Source of the DNA: Candidatus Mediterraneibacter colneyensis
GTDB taxonomy: Bacteria > Bacillota > Clostridia > Lachnospirales > Lachnospiraceae
Assembly: GCA_019114745.1 (NCBI GenBank)
Contig: DXEY01000155.1
Location: 1 to 61,607, forward strand
Reading direction: 5' to 3'
DNA: 61,607 nucleotides
In this document: in pieces, positions 37,110-47,029 of the stretch
Layout: every line of letters begins with the position of its first letter
Numbering within the stretch: the first letter of the stretch is position 1
Translations under genes and position numbers: made by a program
Notes under the pieces: model-generated
Seen by the model: the letters and a program-made list of their open reading frames with translations, nothing else
What the model was told of the DNA's origin: nothing
The model's database searches: none

Positions 37110-37986
37110 AACCAGCCACCTCCGTTTCGCTGATAAATATTTCTTCAAGAGTAAGCGGGAGCACTTCGATAAACAGGGGCTTTTGCTCCTGTGCCGTCCG
37201 CATGACCTCCGTGCGCTCCCCGCGGACAGTCAGTGTCAGAAGAGATCCGGTGCGCTCCATCTTCAGGATGTGGAGACTGCGGATGAGCTCCTGTTCCCTG
37301 TGGGAGTCCGGGATCACGCACTGCAGTTTGCAGATATTGGATCTGACCTGATCCAGATCCTGGGTGAGCAGCAGTTTTCCATTATGGAGAAGCCCGATAC
37401 TGTCGCAGATATCCTCCAGTTCCCTTAAATTGTGGGAGGAGATCACAGGGGTAAAATCCCGGTTGAGGATCTCGGCGGCGAACAGGCTTTTGACTGCCTG
37501 GCGGACGACCGGGTCAAGCCCGTCGAACGTCTCGTCACAAAGCAGGTACTTTGTGCCGGAGCAGAGCCCGAGCAGGATCGAGACCTGTTTCTTCATCCCT
37601 TTGGAAAAGGAGTTCACCTTCCGCGTCATATCCAGCTTGAATTTTTTTGCAAGTGAATCGAACTGCTTCCTGTCAAAGGAAGGGTAGATCATAGCATAGT
37701 AATCCCGCATCCGGGCAATATCGGCGTTGGGAAAATAATAGGGAGAGTCTGAGAGAAAACAGACCTGGGATTTGATCCCGGGATTTTCATATACGTTTTC
37801 TCCCTCGATAAAGACTGCCCCGCTGTCCGGTTTCATCACTCCGCTGATCATGCGCAGAAGCGTACTTTTCCCCGCCCCGTTTGAGCCGATCAGTCCGAAT
37901 ACCATGCCTTCCCGTATCGTTCCGGTCACATGGTCTACGGCATGGATGCCGCCGAATGTCTTGTCAATGTCTTTTAGTTCAATCAT
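37084..37986 (-). CDS. ABC-2 type ATP-binding protein (YtrB-like)
   Basis: GSNGAGKST, FSKGMKKQ, DETFDGLD, SSH. Confidence 0.92.
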   Translation of the reverse strand: MIELKDIDKTFGGIHAVDHVTGTIREGMVFGLIGSNGAGKSTLLRMISGVMKPDSGAVFIEGENVYENPGIKSQVCFLSDSPYYFPNADIARMRDYYAMIYPSFDRKQFDSLAKKFKLDMTRKVNSFSKGMKKQVSILLGLCSGTKYLLCDETFDGLDPVVRQAVKSLFAAEILNRDFTPVISSHNLRELEDICDSIGLLHNGKLLLTQDLDQVRSNICKLQCVIPDSHREQELIRSLHILKMERTGSLLTLTVRGERTEVMRTAQEQKPLFIEVLPLTLEEIFISETEVAGYDIKDFLH

Positions 37987-38356
37987 GTTCCTCCTCCTTC
38001 TGATACAGTTCATTGATCACTGAGAGATACTGTGACCGGGTGATCCCGAGTGCCATGCCCCGGCCAAGAAGCTGTCTCGCCTCTTCTAACAGAGTTGCCT
38101 TTTCCTTTTCGGCAAGAGCTGCGGTGTCCGCGACAAAGCTGCCGCGCCCTTTTACCGAATAGATAAAACCCCGCTGCTCAAGGAGGGAGAAGGCCTTCTG
38201 TATCGTGTTCGGATTGATGGACAGATCCACAGCCAGCGAACGCACAGAGGGCATCTGGCTGCCCGATGTGAGGGCGCCGCCGAGGATCAGCGCCTGGAAA
38301 CGTTCGGCGATCTGTTCATACAATGGCAGTTTGCTCTGATAGTCGATCGTAATCAT
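37979..38356 (-). CDS. GntR/YtrA-subfamily repressor
   Basis: PLYEQI, MPSVRSLA...NPNTIQKA...GRGSFV with a short C-terminus. Confidence 0.92.
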   Translation of the reverse strand: MITIDYQSKLPLYEQIAERFQALILGGALTSGSQMPSVRSLAVDLSINPNTIQKAFSLLEQRGFIYSVKGRGSFVADTAALAEKEKATLLEEARQLLGRGMALGITRSQYLSVINELYQKEEEHD

Positions 38357-38389
38357 AATAATCCTTCCCTGATAATAAACTACTGTTTC

Positions 38390-38416
38390 AAGTGTACTAA
38401 TAGTGTTAGTACACTT
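38390..38416. promoter_or_regulatory. YtrA-type operator
   Basis: Perfect 11-bp inverted repeat AAGTGTACTAA-N5-TTAGTACACTT, i.e. AGTGTA-N13-TACACT, directly downstream of the -10. Confidence 0.85.
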
Positions 38417-38445
38417 AATGTAGCACAGCCTTCTAAAAAAGTCAA
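38417..38445 (-). promoter_or_regulatory. Sigma-A promoter of the GntR-ABC operon
   Basis: Minus strand TTGACT-17 bp-TACATT with extended TG. Confidence 0.7.
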
Positions 38446-38568
38446 GCAACAGGAATGGCGCGGGCAGAACTGTTACAAAGCAACAGGAAATGCTTGTCTA
38501 ACATACAAAATAGTGCTATGATATCCCTGTTTGAACAGAAACTGAATAAGGAAAGGAAACGAGAGAAC

Positions 38569-39897
38569 GTGACCTATAGAGAAGCAAGGGTATATTTGGA
38601 CGAAATGTCGAAATACGGAAGTGTACTTGGCTTGGATGCGATTCGAGGTCTGTTGCGTGAACTTGGGAATCCCCAGGATGATCTGAAGTTCATACATATT
38701 GCAGGGACGAACGGCAAGGGATCTGTGCTTGCATACACTTCGACGGTTTTAAGTGAGGCAGGATACAGGATCGGGCGGTATGTTTCACCGACAGTTGTTT
38801 CCTATCTGGAGCGGATACAGGTTGGCTCAGAGTGGATCTCTGAGGAACGGTTTGCGCATTTGACAGAGAAAGTAAGAGACGCGATTGCCCGGTTGGAAGC
38901 TGCGGGGGAGGTGCTTCCCACAGTGTTTGAGATAGAGACGGCGATCGCGTTTTTATATTTTAAAGAGACAGACTGCGACCTGGTCGTGCTCGAGGCAGGG
39001 CTTGGAGGCGCGCTTGACGCCACCAATATTATCGAGAATACAGTCTGCGCGGTTTTTGCCAGCATCAGCCGGGACCATCTCGGCATGATCGGGGATACAT
39101 TAGAGGAGATCGCCCGGAACAAGGCGGGCATTATCAAACCCGGATGCACAGTCGTGTCGGCGGGGCAGGAGCCATGTGTGGAGGAAATCCTGAGAAAGAG
39201 CGCCGACGGACTGGGCTGTGCCTGTGTACAGGCAGATTCCGGGGAACTTGACATTATAAAGGAAGACTATCACGGGATGGACTTTTCCTATAAGTCCTTC
39301 CGCAGCCTTCATACCGCCATGGCAGGGAAGAGCCAGATCTCAAACGTGGCAGCGGCGCTGGAAGTGATCGGAGTGCTCAGGGACATGGGGTATGAGATCA
39401 GCGATGAAGCAGTGCGGCGCGGCATCGGGAAGGCTGCCTGGCCGGGCAGATTTACCTGCATCGGCGAAGACCCTGTTTTTATCCTGGACGGCGCCCATAA
39501 TGAGGACGCGGCGCGAAAACTGAGGGAATCCATTGAGGCTTATTTCCCCGGACGGCGTCTGATCGGCATCATGGGGGTGTTCCGGGATAAGGAATACGAC
39601 AGGATCGCCCGGATCATGGGTACAGCCTGCAGCAGGATCTACACCGTGGATCTCCCGGATCCGGGCAGGGGGCTGCCGGCGGAAGTGCTGGCAGAAGCCC
39701 TTCTCCCGTACTGTCAGCGCACAGAGCCGCCGGACAGGAGCGGGATGCCGGGACAGAAAGAGACAGTGGAGCGCGCGGTGGACGCCGCGCTCAGGGAGGC
39801 AGAGCCGGAGGATGTGATCATCGCATTCGGCTCACTGTCCTACCTGTCTCAGGTAAAAGCGGCATATGATAAAGTGAAGTGTCAGGAAAATGTGTGA
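38569..39897 (+). CDS. folC: Folylpolyglutamate synthase / dihydrofolate synthase
   Basis: IHIAGTNGKGS, EAGLGGALDATN, WPGRF, ILDGAHN; GTG start. Confidence 0.93.
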   Translation: MTYREARVYLDEMSKYGSVLGLDAIRGLLRELGNPQDDLKFIHIAGTNGKGSVLAYTSTVLSEAGYRIGRYVSPTVVSYLERIQVGSEWISEERFAHLTEKVRDAIARLEAAGEVLPTVFEIETAIAFLYFKETDCDLVVLEAGLGGALDATNIIENTVCAVFASISRDHLGMIGDTLEEIARNKAGIIKPGCTVVSAGQEPCVEEILRKSADGLGCACVQADSGELDIIKEDYHGMDFSYKSFRSLHTAMAGKSQISNVAAALEVIGVLRDMGYEISDEAVRRGIGKAAWPGRFTCIGEDPVFILDGAHNEDAARKLRESIEAYFPGRRLIGIMGVFRDKEYDRIARIMGTACSRIYTVDLPDPGRGLPAEVLAEALLPYCQRTEPPDRSGMPGQKETVERAVDAALREAEPEDVIIAFGSLSYLSQVKAAYDKVKCQENV

Positions 39898-39936
39898 TAC
39901 AGAGGACAGATACGACTGTCAGAAAAGAGGAATGAA

Positions 39937-40512
39937 GTGATGATAGACCATGAAAAGATTGAACAGGCAGTGAGGCTGTTCCTGGAAGGAATCGGCGAGG
40001 ACGCCGGGAGAGAAGGGTTAAAGGATACGCCGGATCGCATCGCGCGGATGTGCGGGGAACTGTACGGCGGGATAGAGGAGGATGCATCGGTACATCTGGC
40101 TAAGACATTTTCTGTGGATAGCAGCGAGATGGTGATCGAGAAAGACATCACCTTCTATTCAACGTGCGAGCATCATATCCTGCCCTTTTACGGGAAAGCC
40201 CATATCGCTTACATACCGGACGGGAAAGTCGTGGGGCTGAGCAAGCTGGCCAGGACGGTAGAAGTGTACGCCCGCAGGCTGCAGCTTCAGGAGCAGCTCA
40301 CCGGGCAGATCGCGGATGCGCTGATGGAATACATGCAGCCGAAAGGGGCGCTCGTCATGATCGAGGCGGAGCATATGTGTATGACCATGCGTGGGATCAG
40401 GAAACCGGGAAGCAGGACAGTGACTCTGGCAAAACGGGGCGTGTTTGAGTCCGACCCGGCGCTGGAAGAGCGGTTCTTCCGTATGCTGCACGCCCATGAC
40501 AGTACCGTGTAA
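39937..40512 (+). CDS. folE: GTP cyclohydrolase I
   Basis: [31 protein letters not shown]. Confidence 0.96.
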   Translation: MMIDHEKIEQAVRLFLEGIGEDAGREGLKDTPDRIARMCGELYGGIEEDASVHLAKTFSVDSSEMVIEKDITFYSTCEHHILPFYGKAHIAYIPDGKVVGLSKLARTVEVYARRLQLQEQLTGQIADALMEYMQPKGALVMIEAEHMCMTMRGIRKPGSRTVTLAKRGVFESDPALEERFFRMLHAHDSTV

Positions 40513-40550
40513 AGGCAGGATGGGACAGAATAGTGACGGAGGGAAATGAG

Positions 40551-41042
40551 ATGAGACGGGTGAATGCGATCGTCAGGCATCCGGTGTACCGGAAGTGCTA
40601 CAGCAGGCTGATGGAACTGGAAAAAGACCGGATCTACTGCCGGCATCAGATGGATCACCTTCTGGATGTGGCAAGGATTGCGTATATCCTGAATATGGAG
40701 CAGGGACTGGGGATCGGGAAAGAAGTGATCTATGCAGCGGCGCTGCTTCATGATATCGGGAAATCTGCACAGTATGAAGAGAAGATCCCCCACGAGGAGG
40801 CAGGGGAGGCAATCGCCTCCGGGATCCTGGGCAGCCTTTCCGGGGATCTGTGTTTTTCTGACCGGGAAAAGAGGGAGATCCTTACGGCGATCCGTGGGCA
40901 CCGGCGGCTGAGGGAGGATCCGGAACCGCTGGAATATCTGATCTATACGAGCGACAAAGCGTCGCGAAGGTGTTTTGCCTGCGCGGCAGAAGAACAGTGC
41001 GACTGGAGTACAGAGAAAAAGAATATGGAGATTACAATATGA
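40551..41042 (+). CDS. HD-domain phosphohydrolase
   Basis: H...HLLDVAR, AALLHDIGK, H, SDK; translationally coupled to folP. Confidence 0.85.
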   Translation: MRRVNAIVRHPVYRKCYSRLMELEKDRIYCRHQMDHLLDVARIAYILNMEQGLGIGKEVIYAAALLHDIGKSAQYEEKIPHEEAGEAIASGILGSLSGDLCFSDREKREILTAIRGHRRLREDPEPLEYLIYTSDKASRRCFACAAEEQCDWSTEKKNMEITI

Positions 41043-41866
41043 TCATAGGCGGAAAAGAATTTGACACAAAACATCATACATATATCATGGGGATCTTAAA
41101 TGTTACCCCGGATTCCCTCTCCGACGGGGGAAAATATAATGACTCGGACGAGGCGCTCAGACACGCCGATGAGATGATCCGTGACGGAGCGGATGTGATC
41201 GATGTGGGAGGGGAGTCCACCCGTCCCGGACACATCCAGGTCACAGACGAGGAGGAGATCCGGCGGGTAGTGCCGGTGATCCGGGCGCTGAAGAGCCGGT
41301 TTGATATTCCGGTCTCGGTGGACACCTATAAGAGCCGGGTGGCTCAGGCAGCCCTTGATGCAGGCGCTGACCTGGTCAATGATATCTGGGGGCTGAAATA
41401 CGACCCTGAGATGGCGGGAGTCATCGCGAAGAGCGGAGCTGCCTGCTGTCTGATGCATAACCGTACGGAAGCGGTCTATCAGGAATATCTTACGGATTTC
41501 CTTTCCGATATGAGGGAATGCGTGCGCCTGGCAGAAGAAGCGGGAATCCCGAAAGATAAGATCATACTCGATCCCGGCGTGGGGTTCGGAAAAACTTATG
41601 AGATGAACATGGAAATCATCAGCCGGCTCGAGATCCTTCACGAGCTGGGACTCCCGGTTCTGCTGGGAACTTCGCGCAAGTCTGTGATCGGGCTGACCCT
41701 GGACCTTCCGCCGCAGGAGAGAGAAGAAGGGACGCTCGTGACGACGGTGTGGGCGGTACAGAAAAGATGCGCGTTTGTGCGCGTCCATGATGTGAAGAAG
41801 AACCTGAGGGCGATACAGATGGCAGAAGCGCTCCTTCCCTATGAAGCTGGGAATAGCACAAAGTAA
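41039..41866 (+). CDS. folP: Dihydropteroate synthase
   Basis: MGILNVTPDS, DVGGESTRPG, DPGVGFGK, GTSRKS, VRVHDV. Confidence 0.96.
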   Translation: MIIGGKEFDTKHHTYIMGILNVTPDSLSDGGKYNDSDEALRHADEMIRDGADVIDVGGESTRPGHIQVTDEEEIRRVVPVIRALKSRFDIPVSVDTYKSRVAQAALDAGADLVNDIWGLKYDPEMAGVIAKSGAACCLMHNRTEAVYQEYLTDFLSDMRECVRLAEEAGIPKDKIILDPGVGFGKTYEMNMEIISRLEILHELGLPVLLGTSRKSVIGLTLDLPPQEREEGTLVTTVWAVQKRCAFVRVHDVKKNLRAIQMAEALLPYEAGNSTK

Positions 41867-41898
41867 CAGATGTGAGAGACTGATGCGGAGGAGAAAAG

Positions 41899-42741
41899 AT
41901 GAACGCAGTGAGAAACGGGAAAAAACTGGATGAGATTAAGATTGAAGAACTGGAAGTATTCGCAAACCACGGGGTGTTCCCGGAGGAGACGGCGCTGGGA
42001 CAGAAATTTATTGTATCCGCGGTACTGTACACTGATACGAGGAAGGCGGGAAGGACGGATGACCTGGCGGAATCCATCCACTATGGAGAGGTGAGCGCTT
42101 TTATTGAGCTCTATCTGAAGAAACACACGTACAAACTGCTTGAGAGCGCCGCCGAAAATCTGGCGGAGGAACTTCTCCTGAAATACCCCCTGCTCATGCA
42201 GATCCGTCTTGAGATCCAGAAACCCTGGGCGCCGATCCATCTGCCCCTTAAGACGGTGAGCGTGGAGATCGTGCGCGGCCGCCATACGGCATATATCGCG
42301 CTGGGTTCCAATATCGGCGAGCGGGAGACTTTTCTGAACGACGCGGTTCGGGAGCTGAATGCAATACGCGGATGTCAGGTCAGGGCTGTGTCGCATTTTG
42401 TCGAGACGAAGCCTTACGGGGTGACAGACCAGCCTGATTTCCTGAACGGCTGTCTGGAGCTGGAGACTCTGCTGACGCCGGAAGAACTTCTGGGAGAAGT
42501 GAACCGGATCGAGAGCTGTGCCGGGCGTGAGCGGATCGAACACTGGGGCCCCCGCACGCTGGATCTTGACATTATCTTCTACGACGATATCGTACTTCAG
42601 CAACGGAATCTGTGCATCCCGCATGTGGACATGCACAGGAGACGGTTCGTTCTCGCGCCGCTCTGTGAGATCGCTCCGTATAAACGGCATCCGGTGTACG
42701 GAAAGACAGTCACGGAGATGCTTGTGGAATTGGAAGAATGA
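41899..42741 (+). CDS. folK: Dihydroneopterin aldolase / HPPK fusion (FolB-FolK)
   Basis: FolB part (ANHGVFPEE, IHYGEV, KPWAP) then FolK part (ALGSNIG, WGPRTLDLDI, IPH). Confidence 0.92.
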   Translation: MNAVRNGKKLDEIKIEELEVFANHGVFPEETALGQKFIVSAVLYTDTRKAGRTDDLAESIHYGEVSAFIELYLKKHTYKLLESAAENLAEELLLKYPLLMQIRLEIQKPWAPIHLPLKTVSVEIVRGRHTAYIALGSNIGERETFLNDAVRELNAIRGCQVRAVSHFVETKPYGVTDQPDFLNGCLELETLLTPEELLGEVNRIESCAGRERIEHWGPRTLDLDIIFYDDIVLQQRNLCIPHVDMHRRRFVLAPLCEIAPYKRHPVYGKTVTEMLVELEE

Positions 42742-42803
42742 TATAGATATTCTGATACGCCTCTGATAAAATAGAATCATCATAGAGCAGGAGGTTGTAT
42801 CAG

Positions 42804-44513
42804 ATGAGAGTCATAGACTTTAAAGACGCGAAGTGCCGTCATTGTTACAAGTGTGTCCGCCACTGTGCGGTGAAAGCCATATCTGTGATCGATGAACAGG
42901 CGCGCATCATGGTGGATCACTGTATCAACTGCGGGCGCTGTCTGGAAGTCTGTCCCCAGAATGCCAAGACGTTCTCCAGCGACCTGGAGCGTGTAAAAGG
43001 ATATCTGCGGCAGGGGTATCGGACGGTTATATCCATCGCCCCGTCCTATGCCGGCGTGCTGGACTTCGACCGGCCGGGACAGGTAGTGGACGCCCTGCAG
43101 AAGCTGGGATTCTCTGAGGTGAGAGAGACGGCGGAGGGCGCCGCGCTTGTGACCGGTGAATACAAAAAGCTGGTGCGGGCGGGAGAGATGCCGAATATCA
43201 TCACGACCTGCTGTCCCAGCGTCAATGATCTGATCGAGAAGTATTATCCGGACTGCGCCGGGCTGATGGCTCCGGTCGTCTCCCCGATGATCGCCCACGG
43301 CAGGTATATCAAAAAGCTGTACGGGCAGGATGTAAAAGTCGTGTTCCTGGGTCCCTGCATCGCGAAAAAGCAGGAGGCGGTGGGAGACGAGCGGGTGAGA
43401 GGCGCGGTGGATGCGATCCTCACCTTTGAGGAACTGGCGTTCTGGCTGAAGGAAGCGGGGATCGACCTTCACGCGTGCGAGGACATGCCGATGGGCAATC
43501 CGGATCCGAAGATCAACCGGCTGTACCCGGTCAGCGGCGGCGTGATCCAGTCCGTGATCACGGAAGAAGAGGCGGACGGCTATCACAAGGTATTTGTGGA
43601 CGGCCTTGAGAACTGTATGGAGATGCTGGAATGCCTCCGGAGAGGCGAGCTGGAGCACTGCTTTATCGAGGCAAACGTGTGCGAGGGCGGGTGTGCGAAA
43701 GGTCCTGCTTCCGCGCACTGGAATACCTCCTATGTAAAAACGAAAGTAAAGATCGAAAACGTGGTCTCCTACAAAGCTGCCCGTGAGCTGCCCGATATGA
43801 CGGATGAAGAAATGGCAAAGAAATTTGGGGATCACAGCATCTCTGACCCGATGCCGTCTGAAGAACAGATCCGCCGGATCTTAAGATCCACCGGGAAATA
43901 TGCTCCGTCAGACGAGCTCAACTGCGGCGCCTGCGGATATTCCACCTGCCGGGAAAAAGCCGTGGCTGTCTTCCAGGGCAAGGCAGAACTGTCCATGTGC
44001 ATGCCTTATGCGCTGACCCGTGCGGAGTCCATGTCAAATGTGGTCATGGATGTGACCCCGAATATGATCTTTGTCATTGGAAGCGATATGCGGATCCTCG
44101 ACTGCAACCGGAAAGGGCAGGAACTCCTCGGCGTGGGTCATGAGGAGGCAGTGCAGCGGTACATATTTGAATTTATCGAGTCGGAAGATATCGAGAATGC
44201 CCTTCTCACCAGAGAGCCTGTACTGCACAAAAAGATCCAGCTCGACAACGGGCGGATCACCGCAGAGGAAACGATCGTGTACATCGAAAATCTCGACGCC
44301 GTACTGGTCACATTCCAGGATGTGACCCGGGAGGAGAAGCTCAAAGAACAGCGCTACAATCTGAAGGTAGAGACGGTGGAGATGGCGCAGAAGGTCATCG
44401 AGAAACAGATGATGGTGGCGCAGGAGATCGCGGGCCTTCTGGGAGAGACCACGGCGGAGACAAAAGTCACTCTTACGAAACTCAGGGATTCCATCTTGAA
44501 CGAGGAGGAATAA
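42804..44513 (+). CDS. Group C sensory [FeFe]-hydrogenase with PAS domain (HydS/HfsB-like)
   Basis: 2x[4Fe-4S]; TTCCP, GPCIAKKQE, EANVCEGGC; Cx2Cx4Cx16C; PAS-like region; C-terminal VAQEIAGLLGETTAETK. Confidence 0.85.
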   Translation: MRVIDFKDAKCRHCYKCVRHCAVKAISVIDEQARIMVDHCINCGRCLEVCPQNAKTFSSDLERVKGYLRQGYRTVISIAPSYAGVLDFDRPGQVVDALQKLGFSEVRETAEGAALVTGEYKKLVRAGEMPNIITTCCPSVNDLIEKYYPDCAGLMAPVVSPMIAHGRYIKKLYGQDVKVVFLGPCIAKKQEAVGDERVRGAVDAILTFEELAFWLKEAGIDLHACEDMPMGNPDPKINRLYPVSGGVIQSVITEEEADGYHKVFVDGLENCMEMLECLRRGELEHCFIEANVCEGGCAKGPASAHWNTSYVKTKVKIENVVSYKAARELPDMTDEEMAKKFGDHSISDPMPSEEQIRRILRSTGKYAPSDELNCGACGYSTCREKAVAVFQGKAELSMCMPYALTRAESMSNVVMDVTPNMIFVIGSDMRILDCNRKGQELLGVGHEEAVQRYIFEFIESEDIENALLTREPVLHKKIQLDNGRITAEETIVYIENLDAVLVTFQDVTREEKLKEQRYNLKVETVEMAQKVIEKQMMVAQEIAGLLGETTAETKVTLTKLRDSILNEEE

Positions 44514-44516
44514 AGG

Positions 44517-45692
44517 ATGAGCGTGAGTATTGATGTTGCCTGGAAGAGCCTGAACAAACACCGGGAAGAACTGTGCGGAGACAAAGTGGAGATCATAAAA
44601 CGGGAGGACTCGGACATCGTGATCCTGGCGGACGGAATGGGCAGCGGGGTCAAGGCGAATATCCTTGCGACGCTGACCTCGAAGATTCTGGGAACGATGC
44701 TCTGTGAGGGGGCGAAGATCGAGTCCTGTGTGGAGACGATCGCGAAAACACTTCCGGTCTGCAAGGTAAGGAAAGTGGCGTACGCCACATTTTCCATCCT
44801 TCAGATCTTTCATAACGGGAGCGCCTATCTGGCTGAGTTTGACAATCCCTCCTGTGTGTTTATCCGTGACGGAAAGATTGTGCGCTATCCTTGGGAAATG
44901 CGGGAAATTGAAGGGAAAAAGATCCACGAATACAGGTTTACTGTAAAGAAAAACGACTGCTTTGTCCTGATGAGCGACGGGGTGATCTATGCTGGCGCGG
45001 GTTCTATACTCGATCTGCAGGGCTGGACCTGGGATGCAATGGCAGATTATACGCTGAAATGTACGAAACAGACGCTCTCGGCGTCCCGGCTGGCAGTGAT
45101 GCTCAGCCAGGCGTGCGACGAGCTGTATGAAGAGAAGCCCGGCGACGATACGACGGTGGCGGTCGCACGGGTGATCGAGCGCCGCGTGGTCAATATATTT
45201 ACCGGGCCGCCAAAGTCCAAAGAAGACGACGGGATCCTGATGCATGACTTCATGCACACAGAAGGGAAAAAGGTCGTGGCAGGCGGAACCAGCGCCAATA
45301 TCGCCGCCAGGATCCTGGGAAAGGAGATTGTCACAAAAGTCGACAGCCGCAATCCGGACGTCCCGCCGATGGCAGTGATCGACGGGATCGACCTTGTGAC
45401 AGAAGGGGTGCTCACCCTCGGCAAGAGCCTGAAACTACTGAAGAAATACGTCCGTGATGAGTTCGACGCGGACTTTTTCGACGAGCTGGATGCGGATAAT
45501 GGGGCTTCCAGGCTTGCAAAGCTTCTCATCGAAGAGTGTACGGAGCTGAATCTCTTTGTGGGGACAGCGGTCAATGACGCCCACAGGGAATCCGAACTGA
45601 ATTTTGACCTGAGCATGCGTCAGAATCTCGTGGAGCAGCTGATCCGGACGATGGAAGAGATGGGAAAGACCGTTCGGGTAAAATACTACTGA
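44517..45692 (+). CDS. SpoIIE/PP2C-family Ser/Thr phosphatase (HfsC-like)
   Basis: ELCGD, LADGMGSG, MSDGV, GDDTTV. Confidence 0.88.
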   Translation: MSVSIDVAWKSLNKHREELCGDKVEIIKREDSDIVILADGMGSGVKANILATLTSKILGTMLCEGAKIESCVETIAKTLPVCKVRKVAYATFSILQIFHNGSAYLAEFDNPSCVFIRDGKIVRYPWEMREIEGKKIHEYRFTVKKNDCFVLMSDGVIYAGAGSILDLQGWTWDAMADYTLKCTKQTLSASRLAVMLSQACDELYEEKPGDDTTVAVARVIERRVVNIFTGPPKSKEDDGILMHDFMHTEGKKVVAGGTSANIAARILGKEIVTKVDSRNPDVPPMAVIDGIDLVTEGVLTLGKSLKLLKKYVRDEFDADFFDELDADNGASRLAKLLIEECTELNLFVGTAVNDAHRESELNFDLSMRQNLVEQLIRTMEEMGKTVRVKYY

Positions 45693-46510
45693 GACGCGTC
45701 CTGCCCAGCCAGCTCTTCCAGAGGCCTGATCTGGTAGCCCATGTCCTCCCATCTGGTCAGGAGTTCGTCGAGGATCGCATCGTTTGTCCGGGACGTGCTG
45801 TGGAGCAGGACGACGGCTCCCGGATGGATGCGCCGGGTCAGGATATCGAGGGCTTCTTCCTCTGAGGGCTGGTCGTCCTCATACCAGTCCACATAGGCGA
45901 GGCTCCAGAAGAAGGTCCTGTATCCCAGTTCTTTTGCCATCTGCAGGTTCGGTTCGCTGTATTTTCCCTGAGGCGGACGGTAATACCGGGGCATTTCCTG
46001 TCCCGTTGTTTCGAGGAAGGTATTCTCTACCGCTTCCAGTTCTTTACGGAAAGCTTCCAGCGTGGAGATCTGTGACATATCGGGGTGATGCTGGGTGTGG
46101 TTGCCTACGGTGTGACCTTCTTCCACCATGCGGCAGACCAGCTCCGGTTCGGATTCGATATAAGTGCCGACGACAAAGAAGGCGGCGGATACCTGGTGTT
46201 TCTTTAGCGTGTCGAGGATAGAAGCAGTGCAGCCGTTCTCGTATCCCGCGTCAAAAGTCAGGTAGAGCACTTTCTCATCAGTCTGTCCGGCATAATACGA
46301 GTCGTATTGGGCGAGTTCCTCCGCGGTGGCGTTGCCTGCCGGGGGTTCCCCGTCCTGCTGAAAGCTCAGGCCCCAGTTCCCTTCGGCGGATGCAGTGACC
46401 GCCTCTTCGTGGAATACAGAGTGTTCGTTTCTGTGTGTCAGGGCGGCGGCGCCGCTTCCGATGAGATAGGCGCAAAGGAAAAGAATGAGGAAGGCGATGC
46501 TCTTTTTCAT
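45686..46510 (-). CDS. pdaA: Polysaccharide deacetylase, PdaA-like (muramic delta-lactam biosynthesis)
   Basis: Signal peptide; LYLTFDAGYENG, GNHTQHHPDM, RPPQGKYS, WSLAYVDW, VLLHS. Confidence 0.8.
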   Translation of the reverse strand: MKKSIAFLILFLCAYLIGSGAAALTHRNEHSVFHEEAVTASAEGNWGLSFQQDGEPPAGNATAEELAQYDSYYAGQTDEKVLYLTFDAGYENGCTASILDTLKKHQVSAAFFVVGTYIESEPELVCRMVEEGHTVGNHTQHHPDMSQISTLEAFRKELEAVENTFLETTGQEMPRYYRPPQGKYSEPNLQMAKELGYRTFFWSLAYVDWYEDDQPSEEEALDILTRRIHPGAVVLLHSTSRTNDAILDELLTRWEDMGYQIRPLEELAGQDASQ

Positions 46511-46615
46511 CTGAAAGAGTTTTTCGGCGGATCGTTTGAAAAAACGGGGCTGGTGACGGTTCATAAATGCTCCCGGTCAATAGAAGTTTTATAACAATAT
46601 ATGAGCGAACCGGCA

Positions 46616-46644
46616 TTGAAATGTCCGGGATTTTCTGATATTAT
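46616..46644 (+). promoter_or_regulatory. Sigma-A promoter of the BMC gene pair
   Basis: TTGAAA-17 bp-TATTAT with extended TG. Confidence 0.6.
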
Positions 46645-46696
46645 AGCAATAGATATGGAAAAGTTTTACGTTATCAGGAAGATGCAGGAGGAAGTT

Positions 46697-46996
46697 ATGG
46701 CGGAAGAATATACAGGAATGGCGATCGGAGTATTTGAGCTGGAGAGCGAGTGTATCTGCTTCGTGGCTCTCGATGCGGCGGCAAAAGCTGCAAATGTGAA
46801 GATTCAGGGAGTGGAGAGGAACCGTCTGAAAGCAGGGGCGTGCGTCAAGATGAGAGGCACGGTATCTGATGTGAAGGCTGCGATGGAGGCGGCTCTCGAA
46901 GCGGCGAGACCGCGCACAAAGATATTTTCCCATACAGTGATCGCATCGCCCTCCGGGGATACGGAGACAGCGATCGCTATGACGATCGGGAAATAA
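46697..46996 (+). CDS. Divergent BMC-domain (hexamer-type) microcompartment shell protein
   Basis: AIGVFE...ALDAAAKAANV...RGTVSDVKAAMEAA...HTVIASP fits the BMC pattern; AGGAGG RBS. Confidence 0.8.
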   Translation: MAEEYTGMAIGVFELESECICFVALDAAAKAANVKIQGVERNRLKAGACVKMRGTVSDVKAAMEAALEAARPRTKIFSHTVIASPSGDTETAIAMTIGK

Positions 46997-47029
46997 CCGG
47001 AGAGTTTAGGAAAGGACAGGTACGCAGAG

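Noticed and set aside
38446-38568. THF riboswitch or N-terminal extension of folC
   Set aside because: The region reads as divergent promoter sequence; FolC similarity begins at GTG 38569
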